Part shown: piece after piece, positions 12,406-23,504 of the stretch
How the letters are laid out: each line of letters opens with the position of its first letter
How positions within the stretch are numbered: position 1 is the first letter of the stretch
Notes under the pieces: generated by a model
Told to the model about the DNA's origin: nothing
What the model saw: only the letters and a program-made list of their open reading frames with translations
The model's database searches: none
DNA from: Geosiphon pyriformis uo1
Taxonomy: Eukaryota > Fungi > Glomeromycota
DNA: 64,000 bases
NCBI GenBank assembly: GCA_016748015.1
Contig: JAAOMT010000659.1
Span: 747,222-811,221, forward strand
Reading direction: 5' to 3'
Made by a program: the position numbers and the translations under genes

Positions 12406-13788
12406 TCAATTAGACATGTTGTTATCAATGATGATGATTGGTTCCAGATCTCGTGGAATCTCATCTGGTTGGACTAGTATTCTCTGTACTCCCAGTTGTG
12501 AAATATTACTGGTAGATGATGATACTATATGGTGATATGGTTTCAGTCGATCTTCATGTACTGCTTTGGTCAAGATTTTGTTATTCAATCTTAATTTGTA
12601 AGCTCCATTTCCTAGAATTTCTTCTATGTAAAATGGTCCGCCCCATTTGGGGTCAAACTTTCCATTTCATTGTTTTTCTGCTTTGGTATGATGTAGTAGT
12701 ACTTTGTTTCCAATCCTGAATTCAACTGGTTTATCTGGTAGTTGGTTATCATGTCTTTCTTTTTGCTTCTCTTGTGATCTTTGTATGTTATTAGCTGCTC
12801 TTCATTGTTTGTTTTCTAATGTTTCTATTAAGTCATATATTCTTCTTAACAATGTGTTTTTGAAATTCTCTTCTGTTATTGGTTTGGTTGGGTATGTGCT
12901 GACTTCTATTTCCACTGGTAGTGTTGCTGTTCTATCATATACTAATTCAAATAGTGTTGCTTGTGTAGTATCTTGCTTCATTGTTCGATAAGCAAATAGT
13001 ACTAATGGTATCAACAAATCCCAATTGTTTTGGTTTTTTTGGCTGAGCTTAACTATTGCTTCACACAATGTTCTGTTGAATCTTTCGACTAATCCATTGG
13101 TTTGTGGATGGTATGGTGATGATAGTGGTCTCTTAATTCTGAATCTTTGGCTCAATTCTGTTAATGTTCTATTCACAAAATGAGTTTCTTGGTCCGATAA
13201 TAATTCTTTTGGACATCCATGTTAACAAATCAAATTCTGATGAACAAATTTGGCAATGGATTCTGCATCTGCTCTTTGAATTGTTTTCGCCTCCGGCCAT
13301 TTAGTAAGATAGTCCATAACTACTGCTATGTATCTGTTTTCTTTGCTGGTGATTGTTAATGGTCTGACTAAATCAATTCCAATACAGTCAAATAGTTGTC
13401 CCACTTTGATTGGTCTTAATGGTTCACTGGGTCTTGTTTCTTCTCTTCGCTGACAAGCATCACAATTTTGAACATATTAGATGATGTCTGAATACATTAA
13501 TGGCCAATAGTATCTTTTTCTAGTTCTTTCCATGGTTGCTTCTTTGTGAAAATGTCCTGCTGTTGGATTTGAGTGCATGTTGAATAATATTGTCTCTTTT
13601 TTTGGCTCTGTAATTACTCTGGTTGGTTGATCTAGATTTCTTCTATTTTTCCGATAAAGTATATTTTGGTGAGTGATAAAATATTTTGATTGTTGTTTGA
13701 TACTCTTTTGTTCCATTTGAGATAAATTCTCCTTGAACTGTTGAGTGTTTATATAATGTTAAAGTTGTTAATATTTTTGTATGTTTAT
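12406..13788 (-). pseudogene. Gypsy A1 integrase (HHCC, DDE core, GPF), separate ORF
   Basis: Fragments 13477-13716, 13222-13404, 12802-13176 and 12406-12588. Start codon decayed to ATA at 13788. Confidence 0.88.
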
Positions 13789-13849
13789 CCTTTGTTATAT
13801 TTTTGTTGATATTGTTCTGGTTTTGTTATATTTTTGGGTTGAAATGTTC

Positions 13850-15277
13850 TTAGATTTGTCTTATTCGTGACAAACCATCAGCATTTCCATTTTCTTTTCC
13901 TTTCTTATAATGTATAGTATAAGTATATCATGAGAGTGCCATTTTCCATCTGAATTGGTGGTTATCATTACATTTTTGCTTTTGAAGTGATGTTAATTCT
14001 TTATGATCTGTGTATATATCAAACTTTTGGCTTAAGTATTCGTTCCACTTCATAACTGTCCAATAGATGGCTAAATGTTCTAGTTCTGGTGTTCCATAGT
14101 TTTTTTTGGCTGGTGTTAGACCTTGGCTGGCATATGCTACTGGATGTTTTCTGCCATCTGATCCTTTCTGAGATAGTACTGCTCCTAATGCTCAGCCAGA
14201 TGTATTAATAGTGATGATGAATGGTTTGTTGTGATTTGAATAGATCAGTACTGGGGCTTAAATAAGCTTTCTTTTCAGAATATCAAAAGCTTCTTGTTAA
14301 CTTTCTGTTTATTCATATTTTGTATTCCTGGTTTGCAGTTGGTTGAGTGGCTGTGCTATCTTGGAAAAATTCTTGATAAAATGTTGATAGTAGTTGGCAA
14401 ATTCCAAGAACAATTTCAGTTCTATTATATTGGTTGGTACTGGAAAGTTCTTTACTATCTCTATTTTCTCTGGATCCATTTTGATGTCATCTTTGCTAAT
14501 TATGTGTCCTAAGAATTTTAGTTCTGTCTTGCCAAAGAAGCACTTTGTTGCATTTAACTTTAGTTCTGCTCTTCTTAATTTTTCGAACACTTGTTGAAAA
14601 TGATGAAGATGATCATCAAATGTTTTTGAGAATACATTAGTGTTGTTCAAGTATACAACTACTGATTTCCATAATAAGTCCATATAAACAATTTCTATTA
14701 GCCATTGGAAAGTGGCTGGAGCATTGGTTAAGCCAAATAGCATTACTTCAAATTCAAAATTCCCTTCTCTCATGGTGAATGCTGTCTTTTCTTTGTCAGC
14801 TGGATTCATGGCTACTTGCCAGTAACTACTGTCCAAGTCTAATGTTGAAAATCATTTGTTTCTACCAAAAGCATCGAATAATTCCTATATCTGTGAAATT
14901 GGATAGCTGTCTTCATGAGTTACACTATTGAGTTTCCTGTAGTCCACACAAAATTGGATCTTTCCATTTTTCTTATGAATGAGTACTACTGGTAATGACT
15001 ATGGGCTCATTGATGGCTGAATTAGCCTATTGTCAAGCATTTGGTTTATCTCTTGACAAATAATCTCGTGGCTGGTTGGTGGCACTCTGTATGCTCTTTG
15101 TTTAATTGGCATTGCATCTCCAGTCTTGATCTGATGCTGGATGATGTCAGTTCGGCCAAACTCATTTTCACTAGTAAAGATGTCATTGAACTGGTTAAGC
15201 AACATCTTGAGTTGCATATGTTGGAGTGGATCTAAGTTTCCCATGTTCATTTGTTCCAATTGTTTTGGTTGGAGCAA
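13850..15277 (-). pseudogene. Gypsy A1 reverse transcriptase and RNase H
   Basis: CVDYRKLN, YWQV, KTAF, FGLTNAPATFQ, KFLGH; RNase H AYAS..L..A and NADGLSR followed by TAA at 13850-13852. Confidence 0.92.
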
Positions 15278-15682
15278 AAAACATTCACTTTATCTGTATA
15301 TTGTTTGTGATGTGATATCAACATATCCACAAAGCTGTGGAAAGTCTGGAATAGTGCTTAGTGGTTGATCCTCTATTTCAGTACTTAAGTATCCAATGGT
15401 AGTTTTGGCTGGTATTATTATGACATTTTTTGTGTTATTATAGATGAAAATTTTGATGTGGTTGTAATCTTTGGCTGGTATATGAAGATTGATGAATCCA
15501 ATCTTTCCTAATTCACAAAGAGTTGGTTCTGCTTCAAAGATCTGATTCTGTTTTTTTACTCCCTGCTTTATTCCTATCATGTACTGGCCATATGGTGGAA
15601 TAGAAATTGCTTGGCCCGTTGAGATAATTTCTCCTTGGTCAACAATTTCTTTTTTTGTTATATTGACTGGTACATCTATTCT

Positions 15683-16102
15683 ATCCATTGATCCAAATCC
15701 CTGTATTCCTTTTGCTGTTATCCCTAATTCCTCCCTGTTTCCTACTGACACTAATTGAGCTATCTTAATCAGAAGTAGAAATATTGTCTGTGCTATCTTC
15801 TCATTGGGCTCTATTATATAGGCCTTTTCAGAGTCATTTTGTAGTATGGCAATAATATTTCCCACATATCCTGCATCAATTATTCCTCCTCTGATGTTTA
15901 TCTCTCTTTTTGCTAAACTATTTCTAGATGCTAATTGGACCATTGTTGTTGCTGGAATTTCCAGTGCTATTTTCAGATCAATGCAGGTGCGCAAATGTGG
16001 TTCCAATTTGATGGCTTCTTTTTCTGGATACCTCAGATCAAACCTGACATCAGTATCATGCACACATTCAGGTATGATACCCTCATCATTATTGCTGAAC
16101 CA
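15683..16102 (-). pseudogene. dUTPase domain within the Gypsy A1 polyprotein
   Basis: Trimeric dUTPase motifs I-V: FDL, ASRNSLA, GGIIDAGYVG, KIAQ, KGIQGFGS. Confidence 0.92.
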
Positions 16103-17371
16103 TTTTAGTTCTAATTTCCTGGTGAGGTTAGGGATTGCAATATATTGTTCGTATTTTGTATCAGAGTTTAAATCTGAGTTGGAATCAGTATCGTTGTTAT
16201 TGCCATATTGAATGGAGCTGGAACTGGTGTTTTTGTTGTCGTCATTGTTGGAGTTTGAATTGGAATTGCAGATTGATTCTGATTCTGATGCACAGTTGTT
16301 GATTGGTTCGATTTCCTCTGGGATTATGTAGATCATACATGGTGGTGGATTGTAAATGAGGTCACACTCATTACAATATTAATAGTCACATGGGATCAAA
16401 CAATGGTCACATAATTGAGTGTTTAGCTGTGCTAACTGCTCTTCTTGTTCTTCTTTTGTGGATGCTAGTCATTGGTAGTGCTCATGAAATTCCTCGGGAT
16501 TATCTTCAATGTTGCCAAAAATGTTGAATGTTGCAACATATTCTGGCTCCAGAAGGGATAACAGATTGGTTTTGATTTCTTGCAACTCGGTAGCTGTAGC
16601 TCTTTCTGCCATTGCATATGCCATTCTCCAGATCTCATGTTCATCATGTGGGTAGTCTTCCAAACGTTTTAAGGCTCATTTCCATGCATTGTTAATTGAG
16701 GTCTCTTTTCGTACTCAATCATTTATTAGGATTGTGTACTGGCATGTTTCATCATATGTTTCTCCTTGTCCTGGAATGTCATTCCACATTTCTTCATCCA
16801 GAAGCATTTTTTCACATGCTAGGCATGGTGTATTGTCCCATTTTCCTATTTTTGGTGGTCAGCCATCATGTTTAATGACACATGGGTGACAATAGTATTG
16901 TGTTGCTGTCTGCCAGTTTTCATTGTTGTCACAACATGCACCTATTGCCGACAATTTCTTGCCACAGGTGGTGCATTTGAGTTTAGGTCGATGGTAGGTG
17001 GTCTGAGGTTGTGTAAAATATGAGACATATGTAGAGATAATAGATTGTGCTGGCTCTTTTTCTTGTTCCTTCCCTTTTCTTTTCTTTTCCCAAGTCCATT
17101 CTGTGGTTGGTTTGCTTTGGCTGTTATCACTCCAAGATCCCTGATTTGTTTCCCAGGTAAGTTCTTCTTCCTTTTTTTTTTTTCTTTTGTCATCCTAGGA
17201 GAGTATGGACAGTAGTTCATTGTGGTTGTTTTCAGTCCAGAAAACTTGGTATGCTTTTCAGGTAGGCTTCTCTTCTTCTTTCTCCAGCTCAATTAATGGT
17301 TCCTTTCTTAAAGGAACTTTGAAATGACCACACATGACCAGTGCTTGAACATGTTGGCCATTCCAGCTGAG

Positions 17372-20073
17372 CTAGAGCTCCTGTGTCATCCAGTCAAATA
17401 CAGCATTGGTTTTAGATAGCCAGTCATTCCCAACTAAAGCTTGATACTGAGTGGCTTCCATTACCAATACTTTAATCGGTGTGATGAGACTATTGATTTC
17501 AAATGGAAAATCATCAATCTTACCAATAGGTGTTTTGGTGGCGCCATCAGCAGTGATAATGCATGTACTGGTAGTGCAATCAACTCGGCAACCTAATTGG
17601 TCCATAAGCTGTCTTGTAATAATGCTGCCAGCTGATTCACTATCTAGGATGAGTTTGATGGAGTGACCATCAACTCTGGTATTTGTGTACATCGCTGTGA
17701 TGGGTTTCTCTTTGAGGGTGGCTCCACTAAATAATGGTATTGATATGTTTTCTTCAAGTTTGAAAGAAAAAATAGCTGCTAGAGATTCATTATTGAAGAT
17801 GGTTGCTGGTGGAATTGTGTTGGTAATTGTTGATTGGATTCCATGTTGTTGGATGTGGCATCTTCTGAGATAACCAGAAGACTTAAATAGTATTGGGAAT
17901 TTGGGTTTTGGATGTGACTGGTATCCAAATTCCATGGGCATGGTTCTGATTATGGGTTTAATGAACTGGGGATCAGTTAGTAAACAACTATCACTGATCT
18001 CCAGTTTTGAGTGACTCTGGATCAAAAGTTGCCTGATGTCATTTGAGCTGGGTTCTGGAGTGGTGTTTGAATTGATTGGGGTTGATAGATGATTTGTAAT
18101 TGCAGTTGATATATTACTTGTGGCTGCAGTTGATAAATTGGAGATTGATATACTGGTGTATATGTTTAATACATTGGTTGTGTTACTGGCAGGTAAGCAG
18201 ATTGATATTGTTCCTGATTTTGTTGATATCTCAGAGTTTAAAATTGGTAATTGGGGTTTTTATATTGATTTCCCAATCGTGGATGGTTATAAGCATTGCA
18301 GTTTGCTCTGATGTGCCCTTGTTTACCACAGTTGTGACAGACACGCATCTCTGGCTGCCACTGCTGAGTGGCTAATGTTGAGAGATGCACTTGATTTTGA
18401 GAACAGTTGTAGTTTCCTGGATTGCTGCATCATTGAGGTGGTTGATAAATTGCATGATTGTCAGCTAAGTATCCTTCTAATTTCTGATTAATTGAATCAC
18501 TGAATTGTTTCAATTTGGAGTCCAATTCAGATGATCCATTCATCACTAGATTAATGGCTTGAGTGTGATTAGCCTCGAGTTCTGTAGTTTCAAAATCTCT
18601 GGCATGTGTGACTGCAATTGGTAGGTCAACTGGGTGCATTGGGCATACCTGTTGAAGAATGCTGCTGTGCAACCCTCTGATAAACTGATTTAAAATTTGT
18701 GGCACTGTGAAGTAATTAGCTTCAATGGCCTGAATCTGATATAGATTTTTATAAAAGCATTCCAGATAAGTGGTGACTGCTTCAGTGTCTTTTTGTTTGA
18801 TGGTGTTGAAGGTGTTGGCTAATCTGTTGATGCTATTATTATTGCTGAAATATCTTAAAAACTCGGTTTTAAACTGCTAAAATGTCTGTGGTGGGGCAAC
18901 TAAACTCTGATACCATGCATCTGCGGTATCCTGAAGAAAATAGGGGATCACTTGAAAGGCTCTGGCGTCATCCCAATTATTGGCGACAATTGCTTTAGCA
19001 ATGTCATTTATCCATGTTTGTGCTTTGTCTTCATTGCCAGTAAATTTTTCAAGTTTGGCTATAGGTGCATATGTTATTTGTTGCTGCACAGGTTGTTGAA
19101 GTTGTTGTTGTGGTGGTTAAAGTGGCTGTTGGGCAGATTGTTGAAGAGGCTGTTGATTTGGTTAATGCAGCTGTTGGATAAGTTGGTATATAGATTTGGC
19201 TATTGAATCAATTGGTGGTTGATTAATGACAATATTCAAAGATAAGTTATTCTGATTAATTTGTTTAGGGTTTTGTGGTGTTTGAATATTCAGAGTGGCA
19301 TTTTCTGGATTTTCTAAATTTGGGTTTATCGGGGTTTAAAAATTCAGAGGTTCGAATTCTGAGTTTTCTGAGATTGGGTTTTGGTAAGTAAATCCTTGAT
19401 TTTCACTTCCTTTTTCTTCTTCCTCTGATAATTTCTACAGAGTAGTGGCTCCAAAATCTGGTTGGGATATTGGTGATTGAATTCCTGATGGCATTGGGGA
19501 TTGTGATTTAAATCCTTCAAAATACACTCCATATGGTCCTAGTAAGTCTTCTTTCTGTTGTTTGCTTTGAAACTAAAATCTTCTAAATGTTGATGTCATG
19601 TTTAATGTGGACGCATCTGCTAATAAAATGTTAATAGTGCTTCCAGGTGTGTAGTGATATGATGGAGCAGTTGGTGATTCTACTTTGTGTTTCTTCCAAC
19701 TAGGTAACTGTATTTCTTTTGGTGTTGCTGCTGGTGTTTGTATTCTTCCTTTACCTTTGTCTGCGTAGATAATAGAAAATTGTTGTTGTGTGTATCTTTC
19801 AATAGTTTAATTAATTTCCCTGATGATTGGGGCGAAACTGTGATTTCTTGGTAAGCTGGTGTGTTGAAATAACTCTGTATAGAAATTTTTTCTTGCTGAC
19901 TCGATATTAACAGTTCCTCCTAAACAGTCTGTGATTTTATTGTTGACATAATAGTTGAAGGCTGATTCAGCTGGGTAGTGATTATTGTTTAATCCTAATA
20001 GTTGGCTGTATTGTTGAAACAAGGATTTTGTGAATCCTAAGTGGTTGGCTCCTATAATTTCTGATTCTGCCAT
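17372..20073 (-). pseudogene. Gypsy A1 gag (capsid, CCHC knuckle) and aspartic protease
   Basis: APIAKLEKFTG..W, ILNQFIRGL, CHNCGKQGHIRANC, protease LILDS.SAGSIIT ... ALVGNDWL. Confidence 0.88.
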
Positions 20074-20132
20074 GTTTAGGTTTGTGTTAATGCTGGTTCT
20101 CTGTAGGATTATATCTTACAAAGAGCACCAAA

Positions 20133-21021
20133 TATTACAGGTGATTCTTTGGGGTGTCAGGTAAATAACAAATCTATAATTTGGTGCTCAAAGTGATTAG
20201 TGACGATGATAATCTGAAGGTATTTTATCTGAAGGTTTTCCAATTGAGTTCTTTGTATAATGAACAGAAATTCAATAGTAACAGTCTATCAGTAGTTTCT
20301 TGAAACTGTAGTTTCGTTGATTGCTTGCTCAGTTTAATGGTTGATAATTTTTCTGGTACAATATTCTTCATAAGTATATACTAGTGCTGTTTCCTGATGT
20401 CAGTTCCTCCATAAGTCCTCCAAGAATAAGTATTGTTTAAGCAAGTTTATTCCTTCATAAGTTCTCTAAGAGTAAGTATTGTTAAGTAAGTTTTATTTCT
20501 CCATAAGTCCTCCAAGAGTAATTCTTTTAATCAAGTTAGTAGACAACAAAGAAAATAATGAAAAGATAAAAGAAAATAAATGAAAAATGAAATAAGCCAA
20601 GACAATTTGCAAGTTAATATCCCGTCAATAGCTGTGATTAAGAGCTATTGTTCTAGTGTGGTTAGATATGGATTATTATCAACATAAGATGTTGATAATG
20701 GAAATAAGTTTTGTAGTATGGAATAATTATTTATTGAGGATTGTGTTTCGAGGCTAAGGATTCTGTTATATCTCTTTTTTTCTGTTTTAATGCTACTGCT
20801 ATATATACATATTTGAGATTTCTCAATTCCTCAATTTCTTGTAACAGGAATCCTGGAATTCCTGGAATCCTGCGATTCTCTCATCAAGAAATCCTGAAAT
20901 TCCTGAAATCCTGCAATTTCTCTGAGAAGAATCCTGGAATTCCACATTTACTACATCTACATTTGATTGGCTAATATCTACTGACTAATAATACTATATT
21001 TTCTATATTCTATGAGTAACA
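20133..21021 (-). repeat. 5' LTR of Gypsy A1 (CCAAT, GGAATYCC array, TATA)
   Basis: Direct repeat of 10824-11711; PBS at about 20113-20130. Confidence 0.95.
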
Positions 21022-21050
21022 TTGTTAAAATGTAATAAATAAAAAAAAAA
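21022..21050 (+). mobile_element. Displaced 3' terminus and poly(A) of the LINE at 1812
   Basis: ttgttaaaatgtaataaataaaaaaaaaa continues the LINE 3' end seen intact at 51041-51062(-). Confidence 0.8.
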
Positions 21051-21279
21051 TTATATATACTTATCTTTTATGTTTTTTAATTTTAAATAAATCTAGTTGT
21101 AACAACTTGTTACATGAAACAACCTTGAAAATAGTTTCAAATAGAATCAAAAATTTATTAAATTTTAAAAAAATAACATGTAATAATAATGTGTATTATT
21201 TATTTTTAGGATTAATAGATTTGTAACAACCTCGAAAAAACACGTGATTCAATATTGTGACACATGACTTTATTTGTTT

Positions 21280-21342
21280 CGTCGATCACTGCGCCATATA
21301 TGACACGTGTAACACGTGTCATATATGGCGCAATAATCAACG
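21280..21342. repeat. Perfect 21-bp-arm palindrome (21290-21332) with imperfect extension, CpG-retaining, two CACGTG boxes
   Basis: TGCGCCATATATGACACGTGT-A-ACACGTGTCATATATGGCGCA. Confidence 0.95.
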
Positions 21343-23504
21343 TTTTAATTTGTTTAAAATTATGTAATATTAATTATTTTTATTAGTTAAAAATAAATTA
21401 CATATATCACATTACATGGTTTTTAAATTTAACATGTGTCATTTGTATATTGTAGTATAAAAACACATCAAAATTATGCAAAGTCTGACTCTTTAAACTA
21501 TTTTAAATAACATTTACTTAAATATATCAATTAATAGTGTGATTAATAATATATTGGTAATTTTAAATATAAGACTCTATATATTATGTATTATATTAAG
21601 ATTAATATTTTAGTGTAAATACAAGATAAAAAGAAATAACCAGTTTGCTTTTANNNNNNNNNNNNNNNNNNNNATCACATTAATAAAGACTTATTTCAAT
21701 TAAGTAATCAAGTATCTATAAATAAAAATAAATTTTTGGTTATAATTTCAGTTATATTTAGCATCAGATTTTTTTATATTTATTTAGCTATAAGACTTTG
21801 TACTAGTTATGTTTTTGAAATATAAAAAGATATCAATATAATTATAAAAACTTATGATAAACAACAAAAATTTGAAATTATTTGAAAGAAATTAGAATAA
21901 TATCCAAATGACAATATTAAACATCACACTTTTGGATGTGAATTTAATAGCTAATACAAACCAAAAAAAAGATCAATGTTTAAAATTATTAAAATATCAA
22001 ATTAAAACATCAAAAATGTAATTGGTATGTCAATATTACCTGCATTAGAAACTCATGCAAAATAACTTTTACTATTCTTGACAATACACATAATTATCTA
22101 TTATATCTCAATACTGAAAAATATGCATTAATGTATCAAAAATTTTCAGATAACATTTTTTAAGAGATCCAATTTTTTACAAAATGTGCAAATCTATCAA
22201 TTATCATTCAAAAAAAATTATTAAAAGTGAAATTTCCAACAGTATTTATTTTTAATTGTAACTTTATAAATGCAATATAAAAATTTAAAATTTATAGCAA
22301 TGAAAAGTACAATATATTTAATTTGTTAACAACTTTTATAAATCGCAAATTAAATAATTTTGAATAGATTATAAAGTTTAAAATTAATGAAAATTGGTGT
22401 TACTTATAGAAATTTAAGAATTTTTAATAAGTATATAAAATCGCCAATTAGAATTAAGCATAATAAAAGAAAAATTTCAGAATTCTTTTTAAAGAATTAC
22501 AGAATTCCAGAAATTTTAGAATTCCTCTTAAGGAATTACAAGATTTCTGGCTAAAAAAATTAAAAAAATCTAAGAAATCTTATATAACATTAATTATATA
22601 TTGTTACAGGTGACTATTTGGGGTGTTGAATCAAATAACAAACCCATAACTTGGTGCTCAAATCTAGTTGCAGTTAATAGTGATCTGAAGGTTTGTGTCT
22701 GAAAAGTTTGTATCTGAAGGGTTTGGTTGAGTTCTTTGTATAATGAACAGAGATTCAATGGTAATAGTTTTATCTGTAGCTTCCCAAAACTGCAGTTTTG
22801 TCAATTTCTTTCTCAGCTTGGTGGCCGGTATTCTTCCTGGTAAGCTATCCTCAATCGAGTGTTCTACTCTTATTTCTGGGTTTTTTACCAGTCACATTTA
22901 TCCTGACATCAGTGCTCCATGCGTTAATTCTCAATAGAGTTAGTAAACAACAATAAAATCAAAGCAAAAAAATAAAGAAAAGAAAAGAAAATAAAGAAAG
23001 AAAAGAAATAAGCCAAGGTAATTTGCAAGTTAGTATTCTGTCAATAGCTGTGATCAAGAGCTATTGTTCCAGTGTGGTTAAGTATTGATTACTATTAACA
23101 TGAAGTGTTGATAGTGGAAATGGATTTGAGATAACAAATAGTTATTTATTAGATGATTGTAATTTGGAGAGTTGCTTAAATTAAATTTAAACTTGAAATC
23201 TGTCTTTTCAGCTTCTAATTCTACTACTATATATACATAATTGAGATTCCTCAATTCCTCAATTCCTTGTGACAGGAATCTTGGAATTTCTGGAATCCTG
23301 TGATTCCTGATAAGAGGAATCCTGGAATTCTGAAATCCTGCAATTCCTCGTCAGGAAATCCTGAAATTTCTGGAATTCTGCAATTTCTCTGAGAGGAATC
23401 TTGGAATTCTACATTTACTATGTCTACATCTGATTGGCTAATATCTATTGACTAATAATACTATATTTCTTATATTTTATGAGTAACATTATTCTCTCCT
23501 TTTA

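Larger units (their letters stand above)
10824..21021 (-). mobile_element. Full-length Ty3/Gypsy LTR retrotransposon A1 (gag-PR-dUTPase-RT-RH / IN / ORF3), degenerate
   Basis: LTRs 10824-11711 and 20133-21021 (TG..CA). PBS TT-TGGTGCTC next to the 5' LTR, PPT AAAAGGAGGGAATAA, TSD TCAT/TTGT. Protease LDSESAGSII, RT MLFGLTNAPATFQ, IN GH..H..C..C / GIDL / HPQTNGLVERFNRTL / GPF. Confidence 0.96.

Noticed and set aside
15290-15292. Stop shared by A1 (TAA) and A2 (TGA) between dUTPase and RT as a readthrough site
   Set aside because: In frame and most simply explained by CpG decay of a CGA codon.
18268-18274. G GGA AAT -1 frameshift site between gag and pol
   Set aside because: In A2 the Q/P-rich gag frame (30100) and protease frame (29821) are the same frame. 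The A1 shift looks like a private indel, and the alternative frame is open only because of A/C-rich composition.
20810-20945. Heat-shock elements or a CRISPR-like array in the LTR repeats
   Set aside because: GAA/TTC spacing mostly does not fit nGAAnnTTCn; no unique spacers or cas genes; eukaryotic LTR context.
21098-21114. TGTAACA-ACT-TGTTACA resembling a 2-LTR circle junction
   Set aside because: Flanks match none of the four LTR families; too short to support.
21400-22390. Possible decayed DNA transposon coding relic
   Set aside because: No motif could be reconstructed with confidence; contains an N gap.
22743-22937. Recurrent short ORFs inside LTRs (also 11431, 20741, 32057, 43468, 37319, 44303, 48627)
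   Set aside because: Recurrence just reflects LTR copies; no motif or independent coding signal.
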